Assembly: GCA_051277905.1 (NCBI GenBank)
Contig: JBNMQI010000001.1
Location: forward strand, 1-60,810
Source of the DNA: Gammaproteobacteria bacterium
Lineage (GTDB): Bacteria > Pseudomonadota > Gammaproteobacteria > GCA-001735895
Direction: 5' to 3'
Length of the DNA stretch: 60,810 nucleotides
The notes under the pieces were generated by a model, which did no database searches, was not told where the DNA came from, and was given only the letters and a program-made list of their open reading frames with translations. How positions within the stretch are numbered: position 1 is the first letter of the stretch; each line of letters starts with the position of its first letter. Below are positions 38,630 to 49,523 of this stretch, piece by piece. The translations under genes were made by a program, and so were the position numbers.

Positions 38630-40210
38630 ATGACAAGCTTGCAACAACGTGCCGAACTTCAACGCCAAATCTGGGCGATTGCCAACGATGTGCGTGGCTC
38701 AGTGGATGGCTGGGATTTTAAACAATATGTACTGGGAACGCTGTTCTACCGTTTTATCAGTGAAAACTTTGAAGCCTACATCACAGGCGGTGATGAAAGT
38801 GTTAATTATGCGGCCATGTGTGACGATGACGAAAACATCACGTTTGCTAAAGAGGATGCCATTCGTACAAAAGGCTATTTTCTTTACCCTAGCCAGTTGT
38901 TTAGCAATGTGGCGGCTAATGCACACAAAAACGAAAATTTAAATACGGATTTGGCGGCTATTTTTGCTGCAATCGAAAACTCAGCCAATGGCTATGATTC
39001 AGAAAAAGACATCAAAGGCTTGTTTGCGGATTTTGATACCACCAGTAATCGTCTGGGTAATACGGTAGAGGCAAAAAACAAACGCTTAGCCGCTGTGTTA
39101 AAAGGCGTGGCAGGTTTAACCTTCGGTAATTTTGAAGACAACCAAATTGATTTATTCGGTGATGCCTACGAGTTCCTGATTTCAAACTATGCCGCCAATG
39201 CGGGTAAATCCGGTGGCGAATTTTTTACCCCTCAGCACGTATCAAAATTGATTGCCCAACTCGCTATGCACGGCCAAACCAGCGTCAATAAAATCTATGA
39301 CCCTGCGGCGGGTTCGGGCTCTTTGCTGTTACAAGCCAAGAAACACTTTGATGCGCATATCATTGAAGATGGTTTTTTTGGCCAAGAGCTCAACCACACC
39401 ACCTACAACTTAGCGCGTATGAATATGTTTTTGCACAACATTAACTACGACAAGTTTAATATTCAGTTGGGTGATACCTTAACCGAACCGCACTTTTTAG
39501 ATGACAAACCCTTTGATGCTATTGTCTCTAACCCGCCTTATTCGGTGAAATGGATTGGTAGCGACGACCCAACCTTAATCAACGACGACCGCTTTGCGCC
39601 CGCTGGCGTACTTGCGCCTAAATCAAAAGCCGACTTTGCCTTCGTGCTGCATGCCCTAAGTTACCTATCAAGCAAAGGCCGCGCTGCAATTGTTTGTTTC
39701 CCCGGTATTTTTTACCGTGGCGGCGCTGAGCAAAAAATTCGCCAATATCTGGTTGATAACAACTATGTTGAAACAGTGATTTCATTGGCTCCTAACCTGT
39801 TCTTTGGCACCACTATTGCCGTGAATATTTTGGTGCTGTCTAAACACAAAACCGACACCACCACCCAGTTTATCGATGCCAGCGGTTTGTTTAAAAAAGA
39901 AACCAATAACAACGTTTTAACGGACAACGAAGACGAAAAAAATCCGGGTCATATTCAGCAAATTATGAAGGCGTTCGCCAGCAAAGAGAACGTGGATCAC
40001 TTTGCTAAATCGGTTGATTTGGACGTCATAGCAGGCAACAGCTACAACCTTTCGGTGAGCAGTTATGTAGAAGCGAAAGACAACCGCGAGCTAGTGGACA
40101 TTACAGAGCTTAATGCCGAACTTAAAACTACTGTCGCTAAAATTGATGCGCTTCGTAGTGATATTGATGCCATTGTTGCAGAGATTGAAGGTGAGGAGCT
40201 TGAAGCATGA
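38630..40210 (+). CDS. hsdM: Type I restriction-modification system, DNA methyltransferase subunit M
   Basis: 526 aa with an HsdM N-terminal domain (..[10 protein letters not shown]..), motif [11 protein letters not shown] and motif [12 protein letters not shown]. Confidence 0.95.
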   Translation: MTSLQQRAELQRQIWAIANDVRGSVDGWDFKQYVLGTLFYRFISENFEAYITGGDESVNYAAMCDDDENITFAKEDAIRTKGYFLYPSQLFSNVAANAHKNENLNTDLAAIFAAIENSANGYDSEKDIKGLFADFDTTSNRLGNTVEAKNKRLAAVLKGVAGLTFGNFEDNQIDLFGDAYEFLISNYAANAGKSGGEFFTPQHVSKLIAQLAMHGQTSVNKIYDPAAGSGSLLLQAKKHFDAHIIEDGFFGQELNHTTYNLARMNMFLHNINYDKFNIQLGDTLTEPHFLDDKPFDAIVSNPPYSVKWIGSDDPTLINDDRFAPAGVLAPKSKADFAFVLHALSYLSSKGRAAIVCFPGIFYRGGAEQKIRQYLVDNNYVETVISLAPNLFFGTTIAVNILVLSKHKTDTTTQFIDASGLFKKETNNNVLTDNEDEKNPGHIQQIMKAFASKENVDHFAKSVDLDVIAGNSYNLSVSSYVEAKDNRELVDITELNAELKTTVAKIDALRSDIDAIVAEIEGEELEA

Positions 40211-41457
40211 ATCATTTGAGTTACATGGAAAAACTGCTAGATGGGGTTGAGGTTGAGTGGAAAAAGTTAGCTGATATTTTTCAGCTTAAGAATGGATATA
40301 CACCATCAAAATCAAAAAAAGAATTCTGGGAAAATGGAACTGTTCCATGGTTTAGAATGGACGATATCCGAGAAAATGGTCAAATTCTGGATGAATCGCT
40401 ACAGAAAGTCTCAGAGAGTGCAATCAAAGGTGGAAAGCTATTTCCTGAAAATTCAATAATAATTGCCACATCAGCAACTATTGGAGAGCACGCTTTGATT
40501 CGTGTTCCATTTTTAGCAAATCAGAGATTTACTAATTTGAGTTTAAAGCCAGTATATAAAGACACATTTAACAACAAGTTTATTTTCTACTACTGCTTTA
40601 TGTTGGCGGATTGGTGTAAAAAAAACACAACCATGTCTAGCTTTGCATCTGTTGATATGGATGGATTTAAAAAATATCCTTTCCCAATTCCATGCCCGAA
40701 TGATCCAAAAAAATCCCTGGAAATCCAGGCCGAAATAGTGCGCATTCTGGACGCATTTACCGCCATGACCGCCGAGCTGACCGCCGAGCTGACCGCCGAG
40801 CTTAACATGCGGAAAAAACAATACAACTACTACCGCGACCAGTTGTTAAGTGCTGAAAATGAAGGAGTAGAATGGAAAACATTAGAGCATATTTGTACCT
40901 CTATATCTGCTGGCGGAGATGTACCTAAAAATAGTTCTAAAGGTCAGACTGAGCCTACCGACGAATACCCATATCCAATTTATGCAAACGCTACAGGCGA
41001 AAAAGGATTATATGGTTTCACTGATGACTATAAAATTGACAGCGATGCAGTAACCATTTCTGCGCGTGGAGCAAAAGTCGGATACCACACTGTTCGAGAA
41101 GCTAAGTTCACACCAATTATTCGTCTAATTGTTTTAATAGCCAACAAAAATATAGTTAGTACGAGATATTTAAACTATGTTTTAGATATGACTCCCATTG
41201 GTGGTACTGAGGCTGGGATCCCGCAACTTACAGTTCCAATGGTCAAAAAGCTCACAGTTCCAATTCCTTTTCCAAATGACCCAAAAAAATCACTTATTGA
41301 GCAGGCTCGAATAGTTTCTATTTTGGATAAGTTCGACACCTTAACCACTTCGATCCAAGAAGGTCTCCCCCGCGAAATCGAGTTACGTCAAAAGCAATAC
41401 GAATACTACCACGACTTACTGTTGAACTTCCCCAAACCTATGGAGGAAACAGCGTAA
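40207..41457 (+). CDS. hsdS: Type I (IC family-like) specificity subunit S
   Basis: Two target recognition domains separated by conserved regions: ..[46 protein letters not shown].. and ..[52 protein letters not shown] overlap with hsdM. Confidence 0.93.
   Translation: MNHLSYMEKLLDGVEVEWKKLADIFQLKNGYTPSKSKKEFWENGTVPWFRMDDIRENGQILDESLQKVSESAIKGGKLFPENSIIIATSATIGEHALIRVPFLANQRFTNLSLKPVYKDTFNNKFIFYYCFMLADWCKKNTTMSSFASVDMDGFKKYPFPIPCPNDPKKSLEIQAEIVRILDAFTAMTAELTAELTAELNMRKKQYNYYRDQLLSAENEGVEWKTLEHICTSISAGGDVPKNSSKGQTEPTDEYPYPIYANATGEKGLYGFTDDYKIDSDAVTISARGAKVGYHTVREAKFTPIIRLIVLIANKNIVSTRYLNYVLDMTPIGGTEAGIPQLTVPMVKKLTVPIPFPNDPKKSLIEQARIVSILDKFDTLTTSIQEGLPREIELRQKQYEYYHDLLLNFPKPMEETA
40768..40803 (+). 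repeat. Three tandem 12-bp repeats ACCGCCGAGCT(G/T) encoding TAEL x3 in the hsdS central conserved region
   Basis: ACCGCCGAGCTG ACCGCCGAGCTG ACCGCCGAGCTT, preceded by a partial ACCGCCATG. Confidence 0.95.
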
Positions 41458-43056
41458 ATGAGCGGTCAAATGTACAACCTGATCATGGCAAGCGTGCCTA
41501 GCTTTTACTCGGGCGATCAAGGGGAATTCACGATTCCGAAAGACAGGTTTCTTGAATACACGGAAGCCTCTATCAAAGGGCAATTTCAATCATTAGATCA
41601 GGGTGCAATAAATAAGCTCAAGAATCTGCCAACCATGTTTGCGGTCGAGGATGAAGTCGCTGATGCAAGAATTGGGAAAATTACCGATATTAAAGTTAAT
41701 TCTAATAATTTACGCATTAAATATAGATTTGACAAAGACTACTACCCATTAACCAGAGGGCTTCTAAAGGAGAAACAACAAAAATTAGATATCGATGATT
41801 TTGAGTTTCACCGGGGGCATTGGGCCGTTAAGAAATGTGATATTTCTGAATTTTATGGGGAGTATTTAAAATCGCTTGCAGGGATTGCCCATAAATTAAA
41901 GAATACTGATAAAAAGGTGCAGTTGATCTATGCCTTTAACGGCACAGGTAAAACGCGTTTGTCGCGTGAATTTAAAGAGATCATCGCGCCGAAAGACGAT
42001 GGGCAAGATGCGCTTGACGATGCAGAGCAAGCGCCACTGTCACGCCACAAGATTTTGTATTACAACGCGTTTACGGAAGACTTGTTTTACTGGGATAACG
42101 ACTTAGATGCTGATGCCGAGCCGAAGCTAAGAATTCAACCCAATACGTTTACCGATTGGATTTTGCAAGACCAAGGGCAAGACATGAACGTGATCAGCAC
42201 GTTCCAGCGTTATGCCAACGATAAACTAACGCCACGCTTTAATCCGCAATACACGGCTAAAGACAAAGACGGTAAAGACGTTACCGTCAAAGCCTTTTCT
42301 GAGGTGACGTTTTCACATCAAGGTGGCGATGACGAACCGGATAGAAAAATTAAAATATCAAAGGGTGAAGAAAGTAACTTTATTTGGAGTATTTTTTATT
42401 CATTGCTCGAACAAGTGATTAGCATCTTAAATGTACCAGAAGAAGCTGATCGCGAAACTGACCAGTTTAACCAATTAAAGTATGTGTTTATTGATGATCC
42501 AGTAAGTTCGTTAGATGACAACCATCTAATAGAGTTGGCTGTTGATTTAGCTCGTTTAATTAAGTCGAGTGATTTCGCTATTTCTGGCCTTAAGTTCATC
42601 ATCACTACTCATAATCCGCTTTTTTATAATGTTTTGCATAACGAGTTCAACAAAGCACCCAAGTTTGTTTTGCGCAATCTCGATGATGGCCAGCATGACC
42701 TGATTGAGCAAAAAAATGATTCGCCCTTCTCGTATCACCTGCATTTAAAGAATGAGTTAATGAAAGCAGCAGACTCAGGCGATATCCACAAGTACCACTT
42801 TAATTTTTTGCGAAATGTACTCGAAAAAACCTCAACGTTTTTGGGCTACGAAGAGTGGGGGGAGCTGTTGCCCGGTGTCAAAGGTGATCGGGCGGCAGGT
42901 AAAGTTAACCCGTATGCACGTGTGATTAACCTGTATAACCATGCAAAACACGCAGGCCATGAAGTGGCCGAAGTCGAAGAAGATCATAAGCGCGTCTTTA
43001 AGTTTTTAGTGAAAGAGATAGACAATATTTATAAAGGGACGAGAGCACCTTCATGA
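41458..43056 (+). CDS. ABC-type AAA ATPase with PrrC-like (anticodon nuclease-like) C-terminus and a unique about 150-aa N-terminal extension
   Basis: Walker A ..[12 protein letters not shown].. and Walker B/D-loop ..[14 protein letters not shown].. C-terminal ..FLRNVLEKT.. (R-x3-E) then ..[11 protein letters not shown].. The start abuts the hsdS stop (TAAATG). Confidence 0.7.
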   Translation: MSGQMYNLIMASVPSFYSGDQGEFTIPKDRFLEYTEASIKGQFQSLDQGAINKLKNLPTMFAVEDEVADARIGKITDIKVNSNNLRIKYRFDKDYYPLTRGLLKEKQQKLDIDDFEFHRGHWAVKKCDISEFYGEYLKSLAGIAHKLKNTDKKVQLIYAFNGTGKTRLSREFKEIIAPKDDGQDALDDAEQAPLSRHKILYYNAFTEDLFYWDNDLDADAEPKLRIQPNTFTDWILQDQGQDMNVISTFQRYANDKLTPRFNPQYTAKDKDGKDVTVKAFSEVTFSHQGGDDEPDRKIKISKGEESNFIWSIFYSLLEQVISILNVPEEADRETDQFNQLKYVFIDDPVSSLDDNHLIELAVDLARLIKSSDFAISGLKFIITTHNPLFYNVLHNEFNKAPKFVLRNLDDGQHDLIEQKNDSPFSYHLHLKNELMKAADSGDIHKYHFNFLRNVLEKTSTFLGYEEWGELLPGVKGDRAAGKVNPYARVINLYNHAKHAGHEVAEVEEDHKRVFKFLVKEIDNIYKGTRAPS

Positions 43057-43334
43057 GTAAACCTAACAAAACACACCTAACTAACATTCGCTCATCGGCT
43101 GCCGAGTATCTAACTTTTATCGCCGCAACCGGCGAAGGCGGTATTGAAGCGATTTATGCCGACGAGGATATTTGGTTAAGCCAAAAAATGATGGGCGTGT
43201 TGTACGATGTAGAAACTAATACCATTAACTATCATCTTAAAAAAATTTTTTCCGACAGTGAATTAGAAGAAAATTCAGTTATTCGAGATTTTCGAATAAC
43301 TGGCCGTGATGGTAACCATAAGGAGGCAGCTTAA
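43053..43334 (+). CDS. RhuM-family N-terminal fragment (93 aa; probably truncated)
   Basis: ..[48 protein letters not shown].. matches the start of RhuM-family proteins (about 330 aa as I recall). ATGA overlap upstream and TAATG overlap downstream. Confidence 0.6.
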   Translation: MSKPNKTHLTNIRSSAAEYLTFIAATGEGGIEAIYADEDIWLSQKMMGVLYDVETNTINYHLKKIFSDSELEENSVIRDFRITGRDGNHKEAA

Positions 43335-44311
43335 TGGCCTATCAACCGCCGTTTACCATTACTAGTGAAATTGTCAATTTGGTGGCACAAATCAGCCAGC
43401 AGGTGGGTGAGTTAAACGCCAGCCAGCTCAATGCCTCGCCGCAACTGCGCAAGCAAAACCGCATTAAAACCATTACCGGCACGCTGGCGATTGAAGGCAA
43501 TACCTTAACCGAAGAACAGATCACTGCCATTGTTGAAGGTAAGCCCGTGCTGGGCAGCGTGCGCGAGCTGGCCGAGGTAAAAGGTGCAATTGCGGCTTAT
43601 GATGCACTGCCTAAATTCACACCCAGCTCCATTGACGATTTACTCGCTGCTCATGGTTTAATGCTGTCAGATATTCTGGTCAATGCGGGTGAGTTTCGCA
43701 GTAAAGGCGTGGGGATCCATAAAGCGGGTGTGGTGCACCACGTTGCACCGCCTGCGCATCAAGTATCCGGTTTAATGGCTGATTTAATCCAATGGCTCAA
43801 GCAAACAAAAGACCACCCATTGATCGCCAGTTGTGTATTTCATTACGAATTTGAGTTTATTCACCCCTTTGCCGATGGTAACGGTCGTATGGGGCGGTTA
43901 TGGCAAACGCTGATTTTGTCCAAGTGGCATCCGTTGTTTTTATCTTTGCCGCTAGAAAGTGTGATTAAAGACCATCAGCAAGCCTATTATCACGCCCTAG
44001 AGCAGGCAGATAACCAAGCGGATAGCACGCCGTTTATTCATTTTATGTTATCGGTTATTCAGCAAACACTTGCTCAAAACGCCTCTGTAAACGCCCCCGT
44101 AAATGCCCTTGTAAATTTATCTGAGCTTAAAACGCCTGAGGCCATTTTAGCCTTGCTTACTAGCACGCCCGAGCTAACCCGACAACAGCTCGCTGATACC
44201 TTGAATAAAGACGTTAGAACCATTGGTCGCGCCATTAGCAAGTTGCAAAAAGAAGGCAGGTTAACTCGGGTAGGTTCAGATAAAACCGGCCATTGGCAAG
44301 TCACTGAATAA
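43334..44311 (+). CDS. Fic family protein (AMPylase-type) with N-terminal inhibitory motif and C-terminal wHTH
   Basis: Canonical Fic motif HPFADGNGRMGR. A (S/T)xxxE(G/N) motif in ..TGTLAIEGNTL.. C-terminal ..LTRQQLADTLNKDVRTIGRAISKLQKEGRLTRVG.. Confidence 0.9.
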   Translation: MAYQPPFTITSEIVNLVAQISQQVGELNASQLNASPQLRKQNRIKTITGTLAIEGNTLTEEQITAIVEGKPVLGSVRELAEVKGAIAAYDALPKFTPSSIDDLLAAHGLMLSDILVNAGEFRSKGVGIHKAGVVHHVAPPAHQVSGLMADLIQWLKQTKDHPLIASCVFHYEFEFIHPFADGNGRMGRLWQTLILSKWHPLFLSLPLESVIKDHQQAYYHALEQADNQADSTPFIHFMLSVIQQTLAQNASVNAPVNALVNLSELKTPEAILALLTSTPELTRQQLADTLNKDVRTIGRAISKLQKEGRLTRVGSDKTGHWQVTE

Positions 44312-44374
44312 TGCGACGCCGTGGCTATTGCCATATTGGAAAACACCACGGCTAACAAAAAAGGATGTAAACGA

Positions 44375-47300
44375 ATGACAACGTATAAAACGGTTGCTGA
44401 ATCCAATAATTTTATTGTTTTGGATAAATACACTAAAGAATGGAAAGTTGCTGAGAACTTTCAAAGCGAAGGTGATTTAGAACGTGAGCTGATTCAGGAC
44501 CTAAGCAACCAGGGCTATGAGTATTTACCTGCGCTTACGACACCCGATGCCATGATGGCGAATGTGCGCAAACAGCTACAAGCCCTCAACAAGGTCCAGT
44601 TTACTGATGCCGAGTGGGCTCGCTTTTGCGAGCAATACCTGAACACACCCAGCGACAATATTCTCGACAAAACCCGCAAGGTGCACAGTGACTATATCTT
44701 CGATTTTGTCTTTGATGATGGCCATATAGAAAACATCTACCTGTTCGACAAGAAAACCATTGCTCGTAACAAAGTGCAGGTCATTAAGCAGTTTGAGCAA
44801 ACGGGCCAGTCTGCCGGACAGGCAGGAAGCCATGCCAACCGTTACGATGTGACGATTTTGGTCAATGGTTTGCCTTTGGTGCAAATCGAACTTAAAAAGC
44901 GTGGTGTGGCTATTCGTGAGGCGTTTAACCAAATACATCGCTACAGCAAAGAAAGCTTTAATGCAGAGAACTCCTTGTACAAGTTCTTGCAGCTGTTTGT
45001 GATCTCGAATGGCACCGACACGCGCTATTTTGCCAATACCACCAAGCGCGACAAGAACAGCTTCGATTTTACGATGAACTGGGCGAAGTCAGACAATACG
45101 CTGATCAAGGATTTAAAAGATTTTACCGCCACTTTTTTCCAGAAAGAGACCTTGCTTGAAGTAATCTTGCGTTACTCGGTATTTGATGTCAGTAACACCC
45201 TGCTAGTGATGCGCCCCTACCAGATTGCGGCCACTGAGCGTATTTTATGGAAGATAAAGAGCGCATTTAACGCTAAAAATTGGAGCTCTCCTAGTAATCA
45301 AAATAAGGAAAGCGGCGGGTACATTTGGCACACCACGGGTTCAGGCAAAACGCTCACCAGCTTTAAAGCGGCACGTTTGACCACCGATTTAGACTGTATC
45401 GATAAAGTCTTTTTTGTGGTGGACCGTAAAGACCTCGACTACCAGACCATGAAGGAATATCAGCGTTTCTCCCCTGATAGTGTGAATGGCTCAGACAGTA
45501 CCGCAGGGCTTAAGAGCAACCTGGATAAAGACGATAACAAGATTGTCGTTACCACTATTCAAAAGCTCAACAACTTAATCAAAAGCGAAAGCGATTTAGC
45601 GATATACAACAAGCAAGTGGTCTTTATTTTTGATGAGTGTCATCGAAGCCAGTTTGGTGAAGCGCAGAAAAACCTGAAGAAGAAATTCAAAAAGTACTAC
45701 CAGTTTGGCTTTACCGGTACGCCAATTTTCCCTGAAAACGCCTTGGGTGCTGAAACCACGGGCGACGTGTTTGGCCAGCAGTTGCACACGTATGTGATCA
45801 CGGATGCCATTCGTGATGAGAAAGTACTCAAATTCAAAGTGGACTATAACGATGTGCGCCCGCAATTTAAGAGCATTGAGACTGAGCAGGATGATAAAAA
45901 ACTGAGTGCAGCGGAAAACAAGCAAGCGTTTTTACATCCGATGCGTATTCGTGAAATCTCGCAGTATATTCTCAATCATTTTAATCAGAAAACTCATCGA
46001 GCTCATTCAGGTGCGAAAGGGTTTAACGCCATGTTTGCGGTCAGCAGTGTTGACGCGGCGAAAGCGTATTATGAAACCTTTAAAACATTACAGGCCGAGA
46101 CTGAACATGGCCCGACAAGTAAACCTCTGCGCATTGCGACTATCTTCTCATTTGCGGCCAATGAAGAGCAGGACGCCATTGGTGATATTTTAGATGAGAG
46201 CTTTGAAGTTAGCGCGATGAACAGCAGCGCAAAAGAGTTTTTGAGCGCCGCGATTAACGATTACAACGCCATGTTTAAATCTAACTATGGTGTGGACAGT
46301 AATGGCTTTCAAAATTATTACCGTGACCTTGCCCAGCGAGTGAAGAATCAAGAAATAGATCTGCTCATAGTGGTTGGTATGTTTTTAACGGGCTTTGATG
46401 CGCCTACGCTCAATACCTTGTTTGTTGACAAGAATTTGCGCTATCACGGCTTGATGCAGGCGTTTTCTCGCACCAATCGCATTTATGATGCGACGAAAAC
46501 CTTTGGCAATATTGTTACCTTCCGGGACTTGGAACAGGCAACCATTGACGCCATCACCTTGTTTGGTGACAAAAACACCAAAAACGTGGTGTTGGAGAAG
46601 AGCTACAAAGAATACATGGAAGGCTTTAACGATATTGTTACTGGCCAAGCGCGTCGAGGTTTTGTTGATATCGTAAAAGAGCTGCAAGAACGTTTTCCAA
46701 ACCCAGAAAATATTGAGAAAGAACAAGATAAAAAAGAATTTGCCAAGCTGTTTGGTGAATATCTAAAAGCAGAAAATATTTTACAAAACTACGATGAGTT
46801 TGCTGGATTAAAAGCACTGCAAAGCTTAGATACCAGTGATGAACAAGCTGTTGAAGCGTTCAAGTCAAAGTACTATCTGGTCGATACTGACATCGAGGCA
46901 ATGCAAACCATCGATATGCCGAGCGAGCGTGCTATTCAAGATTATCGCTCTACCTACAACGATACCCGCGACTGGTTGCGACGCGATAAAGAAGGTCAGG
47001 ACAAAGATAAGTCAACGGTAGACTGGGACGATGTGGTCTTTGAAATTGATTTGCTTAAATCGCAAGAAATCAACCTCGATTACATTCTTGAACTGATTTT
47101 TGATCACAATAAGAAGAACAAGAGCAAAGAAGGCTTGATTGAAGAAGTCCGCCGTATGATTCGCGGTAGCCTTGGCAATAGAGCGAAAGAGAGCTTAGTG
47201 GTTGATTTTATTAACCAGACAAATCTGGATGAGATCAATGACAAGGCCAGCATTATCGACGCCTTCTTCAAGTTCGCCCAGGCGGAACAGAAACGCGAAG

Positions 47301-47524
47301 CTGATGCCATTATTGCCTCTGAAAAGCTCAATATCGATGCTGCCAAACGCTATATTGCCTCATCACTCAAACGTGAGTACGCCTCTGAAAATGGCACTGC
47401 ACTTAATGAGGCGCTGCCCAAACTTAGCCCATTGAGCCCACAGTACCGAACCCAGAAGCAAACAGTTTTTCAGAAAATTGCCGCTTTTGTTGAGAAGTTT
47501 AAAGGTGTGGGTGGGCAGTTATAA
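44375..47524 (+). CDS. hsdR: Type I restriction enzyme, R subunit
   Basis: ..[12 protein letters not shown].. (Walker A), ..[10 protein letters not shown].. (DEAH-type motif II), ..FLTGFDAP.. and ..QAFSRTNR.. helicase motifs. Start set at ATG 44375 (AAGGA upstream) rather than GTG 44321. Confidence 0.94.
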   Translation: MTTYKTVAESNNFIVLDKYTKEWKVAENFQSEGDLERELIQDLSNQGYEYLPALTTPDAMMANVRKQLQALNKVQFTDAEWARFCEQYLNTPSDNILDKTRKVHSDYIFDFVFDDGHIENIYLFDKKTIARNKVQVIKQFEQTGQSAGQAGSHANRYDVTILVNGLPLVQIELKKRGVAIREAFNQIHRYSKESFNAENSLYKFLQLFVISNGTDTRYFANTTKRDKNSFDFTMNWAKSDNTLIKDLKDFTATFFQKETLLEVILRYSVFDVSNTLLVMRPYQIAATERILWKIKSAFNAKNWSSPSNQNKESGGYIWHTTGSGKTLTSFKAARLTTDLDCIDKVFFVVDRKDLDYQTMKEYQRFSPDSVNGSDSTAGLKSNLDKDDNKIVVTTIQKLNNLIKSESDLAIYNKQVVFIFDECHRSQFGEAQKNLKKKFKKYYQFGFTGTPIFPENALGAETTGDVFGQQLHTYVITDAIRDEKVLKFKVDYNDVRPQFKSIETEQDDKKLSAAENKQAFLHPMRIREISQYILNHFNQKTHRAHSGAKGFNAMFAVSSVDAAKAYYETFKTLQAETEHGPTSKPLRIATIFSFAANEEQDAIGDILDESFEVSAMNSSAKEFLSAAINDYNAMFKSNYGVDSNGFQNYYRDLAQRVKNQEIDLLIVVGMFLTGFDAPTLNTLFVDKNLRYHGLMQAFSRTNRIYDATKTFGNIVTFRDLEQATIDAITLFGDKNTKNVVLEKSYKEYMEGFNDIVTGQARRGFVDIVKELQERFPNPENIEKEQDKKEFAKLFGEYLKAENILQNYDEFAGLKALQSLDTSDEQAVEAFKSKYYLVDTDIEAMQTIDMPSERAIQDYRSTYNDTRDWLRRDKEGQDKDKSTVDWDDVVFEIDLLKSQEINLDYILELIFDHNKKNKSKEGLIEEVRRMIRGSLGNRAKESLVVDFINQTNLDEINDKASIIDAFFKFAQAEQKREADAIIASEKLNIDAAKRYIASSLKREYASENGTALNEALPKLSPLSPQYRTQKQTVFQKIAAFVEKFKGVGGQL

Positions 47525-47560
47525 AAGGCCTTTTAGAGAGGTATTAATGGAGGAAGCGGT

Positions 47561-48646
47561 TTGCTAAGAGCTATATCAGATTTGTTGGAGTATTCACCAG
47601 GACTGAAAGGACGTCAAATTGCCAAGGAGCTGAGACTGGATAAATCTCAAGTGAACTCGTTTCTTCACAAAAACCAGGATAAGTTTGTGAAAAACTCAAA
47701 TCATGAATGGAGCCTGATACGGGCTCATCACGTCGAAATTGATTTCGCTACCGGTTGGATTGATGATAAAGCCTTTGAGAGTGCTATCGGTAAGCTTGCG
47801 TATCAAAATGATGCCACAAAGGTAACATTTAAATTCGGCATCGATTGTAAGTTTTTGCTGATAGCATTGGCCCGTTTTCTTGCCCTCGCGAATCAGCTTA
47901 CTGCTATTGGGAAGGATGTGGTGATAGATACTACAGCATGTCCTAATACACACAGTTTTTTTAGCAGAAATGGCTTCTTTGATTATCTTAAGCAAAGTGT
48001 AACTTGTTTTCCTGAAAGGCCCGTTATGTCAGCTGCTAAAACTTATCGGGATAATAGCGATACCTTGGTCGAACTAGGAGAAATTGCACAGCCAACCCAA
48101 AACAAAGAGCTTGTGATTCGTTTGGGCGACAGGTTTGTAGAGCATTCTTCAGCTAGCTATTTCTTAGCGGCTAAGACTGTTTTTTCAGAGCTTGTAGGCA
48201 ACGTAACTGATCACAGTGAATCCCAAATACCCGGACTAGCAGGCCTGCAAGTATATCGACCGTATAATAAACCAAAGCATATTCAAACTGTTATATCCGA
48301 CTCTGGTTTAGGTATTGCCACTACCTTGAGAACAACGTTACAAAGTGAACATCCGAAGTTATACGCACAGTTTTCAGCAGAAACTGTTGAGAATGATATT
48401 TCGCTCGTTCAAAAAGCATTTACATCTGGTGAGGTTAGTCGTTTTGGTAAAGGCCGGGGGCTAGGCTTTAAGAGTAGTCGAGAGCACGCTAGTAAAGAGA
48501 AAGTTATCATTGTTATCAGGCAGCTAACTTTCTCATTGGCTTTGGAATACTCGAAGGGTCAACTTATCAATGTTTCTGAAGATCGGGGATTGGTCCCTAT
48601 AACAGGAACCCATATCTGTTTTGACTTCTATGTTGACAATTTCTGA
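47561..48646 (+). CDS. wHTH + GHKL (HATPase_c-like, RsbW/SpoIIAB-like) ATP-binding protein
   Basis: TTG start with a strong GGAGGAAG RBS. N-terminal ..GLKGRQIAKELRLDKSQVNSFLHKN.. GHKL boxes ELVGNVTDHS (N), DSGLGI (G1) and GRGLGF (G2). No TM helix and no HisKA H-box seen. Confidence 0.7.
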   Translation: MLRAISDLLEYSPGLKGRQIAKELRLDKSQVNSFLHKNQDKFVKNSNHEWSLIRAHHVEIDFATGWIDDKAFESAIGKLAYQNDATKVTFKFGIDCKFLLIALARFLALANQLTAIGKDVVIDTTACPNTHSFFSRNGFFDYLKQSVTCFPERPVMSAAKTYRDNSDTLVELGEIAQPTQNKELVIRLGDRFVEHSSASYFLAAKTVFSELVGNVTDHSESQIPGLAGLQVYRPYNKPKHIQTVISDSGLGIATTLRTTLQSEHPKLYAQFSAETVENDISLVQKAFTSGEVSRFGKGRGLGFKSSREHASKEKVIIVIRQLTFSLALEYSKGQLINVSEDRGLVPITGTHICFDFYVDNF

Positions 48647-48668
48647 TAAATAGTATCAACTTAAGCAG

Positions 48669-49220
48669 ATGAAACAGTTAACTCATAAAATTCTTCTTTC
48701 AGAAGTAGTAGGTTCTGATCATGCCTTTGGTAACGATGAAGGTAGTGAAGTCTATGTGAAGATTAAAAAGATCGTTGATGGACATCCATCATGCGATATT
48801 TTTGCTATTAGCTTGGAAGGGATTCGGTTCACTGATGCTTCATTTCCTCGTGAAAGTGTAATCTCGTTGGCTAAAGCATTAAAAGGTGAAAAAGGTTTTT
48901 ACCTTTCTAATGTTCCGAGTCGGGATCTTCTGGACAATTGGTCTTATGGCGCTAAAGCTAAAGATCAGCCTCTTCTAGTCAAGAGCGATAGCGGTTACGA
49001 AGTGCTCGGTGTGAAACTTAGTGCGACTGTCAAAGAGCTTCTAGATTTTGTTATTGCAAAAAAGACAGTGACTTCGTCACATGTATCTAAGCACTTTGAC
49101 ATTTCAGCACAGAATGCCAGTGGTCGATTGAAGAAGCTTCATGCTACAGGTCTTGTGTTAGGTCAAAAAGAAGTGGCAGAGTCAGGTGGACTGGAATTTG
49201 TCTACCGATCAATTTTGTAG
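48669..49220 (+). CDS. STAS-like (DUF4325-like) protein with C-terminal wHTH
   Basis: ..[20 protein letters not shown].. resembles the DUF4325 core. C-terminal ..[30 protein letters not shown].. Lies 22 nt after the GHKL gene. Confidence 0.6.
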   Translation: MKQLTHKILLSEVVGSDHAFGNDEGSEVYVKIKKIVDGHPSCDIFAISLEGIRFTDASFPRESVISLAKALKGEKGFYLSNVPSRDLLDNWSYGAKAKDQPLLVKSDSGYEVLGVKLSATVKELLDFVIAKKTVTSSHVSKHFDISAQNASGRLKKLHATGLVLGQKEVAESGGLEFVYRSIL

Positions 49221-49282
49221 TTTTTTTTGATTTTCTGGTTAATCTGATTGCGTTAATCAGAATTGAAGTTTATTGTTTGATC

Positions 49283-49304
49283 AGATCCTTTGGATCTTTT
49301 TTAT
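49283..49304 (+). terminator. Rho-independent terminator after the GHKL/STAS-like pair
   Basis: AGATCC-ttt-GGATCT followed by TTTTTATT. Confidence 0.6.
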
Positions 49305-49349
49305 TAATATCTGATAAATGTGATTAATTTAAGCAGAATAGGAGGCTAT

Positions 49350-49523
49350 ATGGCTACAAATCCCCCATCAGGTGACGGACACAGAAACGGTGCCGTTAAA
49401 GGTAGATCTCAGACTCAGACGCCAAGCGGACATTGGGTAAAGCGAGATGCTGATACTGGTCGATTCATGGATATAAAGACATCCGACAAAACACCTTTTA
49501 AAGATGTCAGGAAGGAGAAATAG
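49350..49523 (+). CDS. Small basic hypothetical protein (57 aa)
   Basis: ATG preceded by AGGAGG. MATNPPSGDGHRNGAVKGRSQTQTPSGHWVKRDADTGRFMDIKTSDKTPFKDVRKEK. Confidence 0.55.
   Translation: MATNPPSGDGHRNGAVKGRSQTQTPSGHWVKRDADTGRFMDIKTSDKTPFKDVRKEK

Noticed and set aside
40543-40826. Antisense ORFs across the hsdS TAEL repeat ([11 protein letters not shown] / [12 protein letters not shown])
   Set aside because: These are mirror translations of the 12-bp repeat. The sense frame gives the conserved HsdS central region.
44321-44374. GTG 44321 as the hsdR start
   Set aside because: It would begin 10 nt after the fic stop with no RBS. ATG 44375 is preceded by AAGGA, and the product then starts [11 protein letters not shown].., typical of HsdR N-termini.
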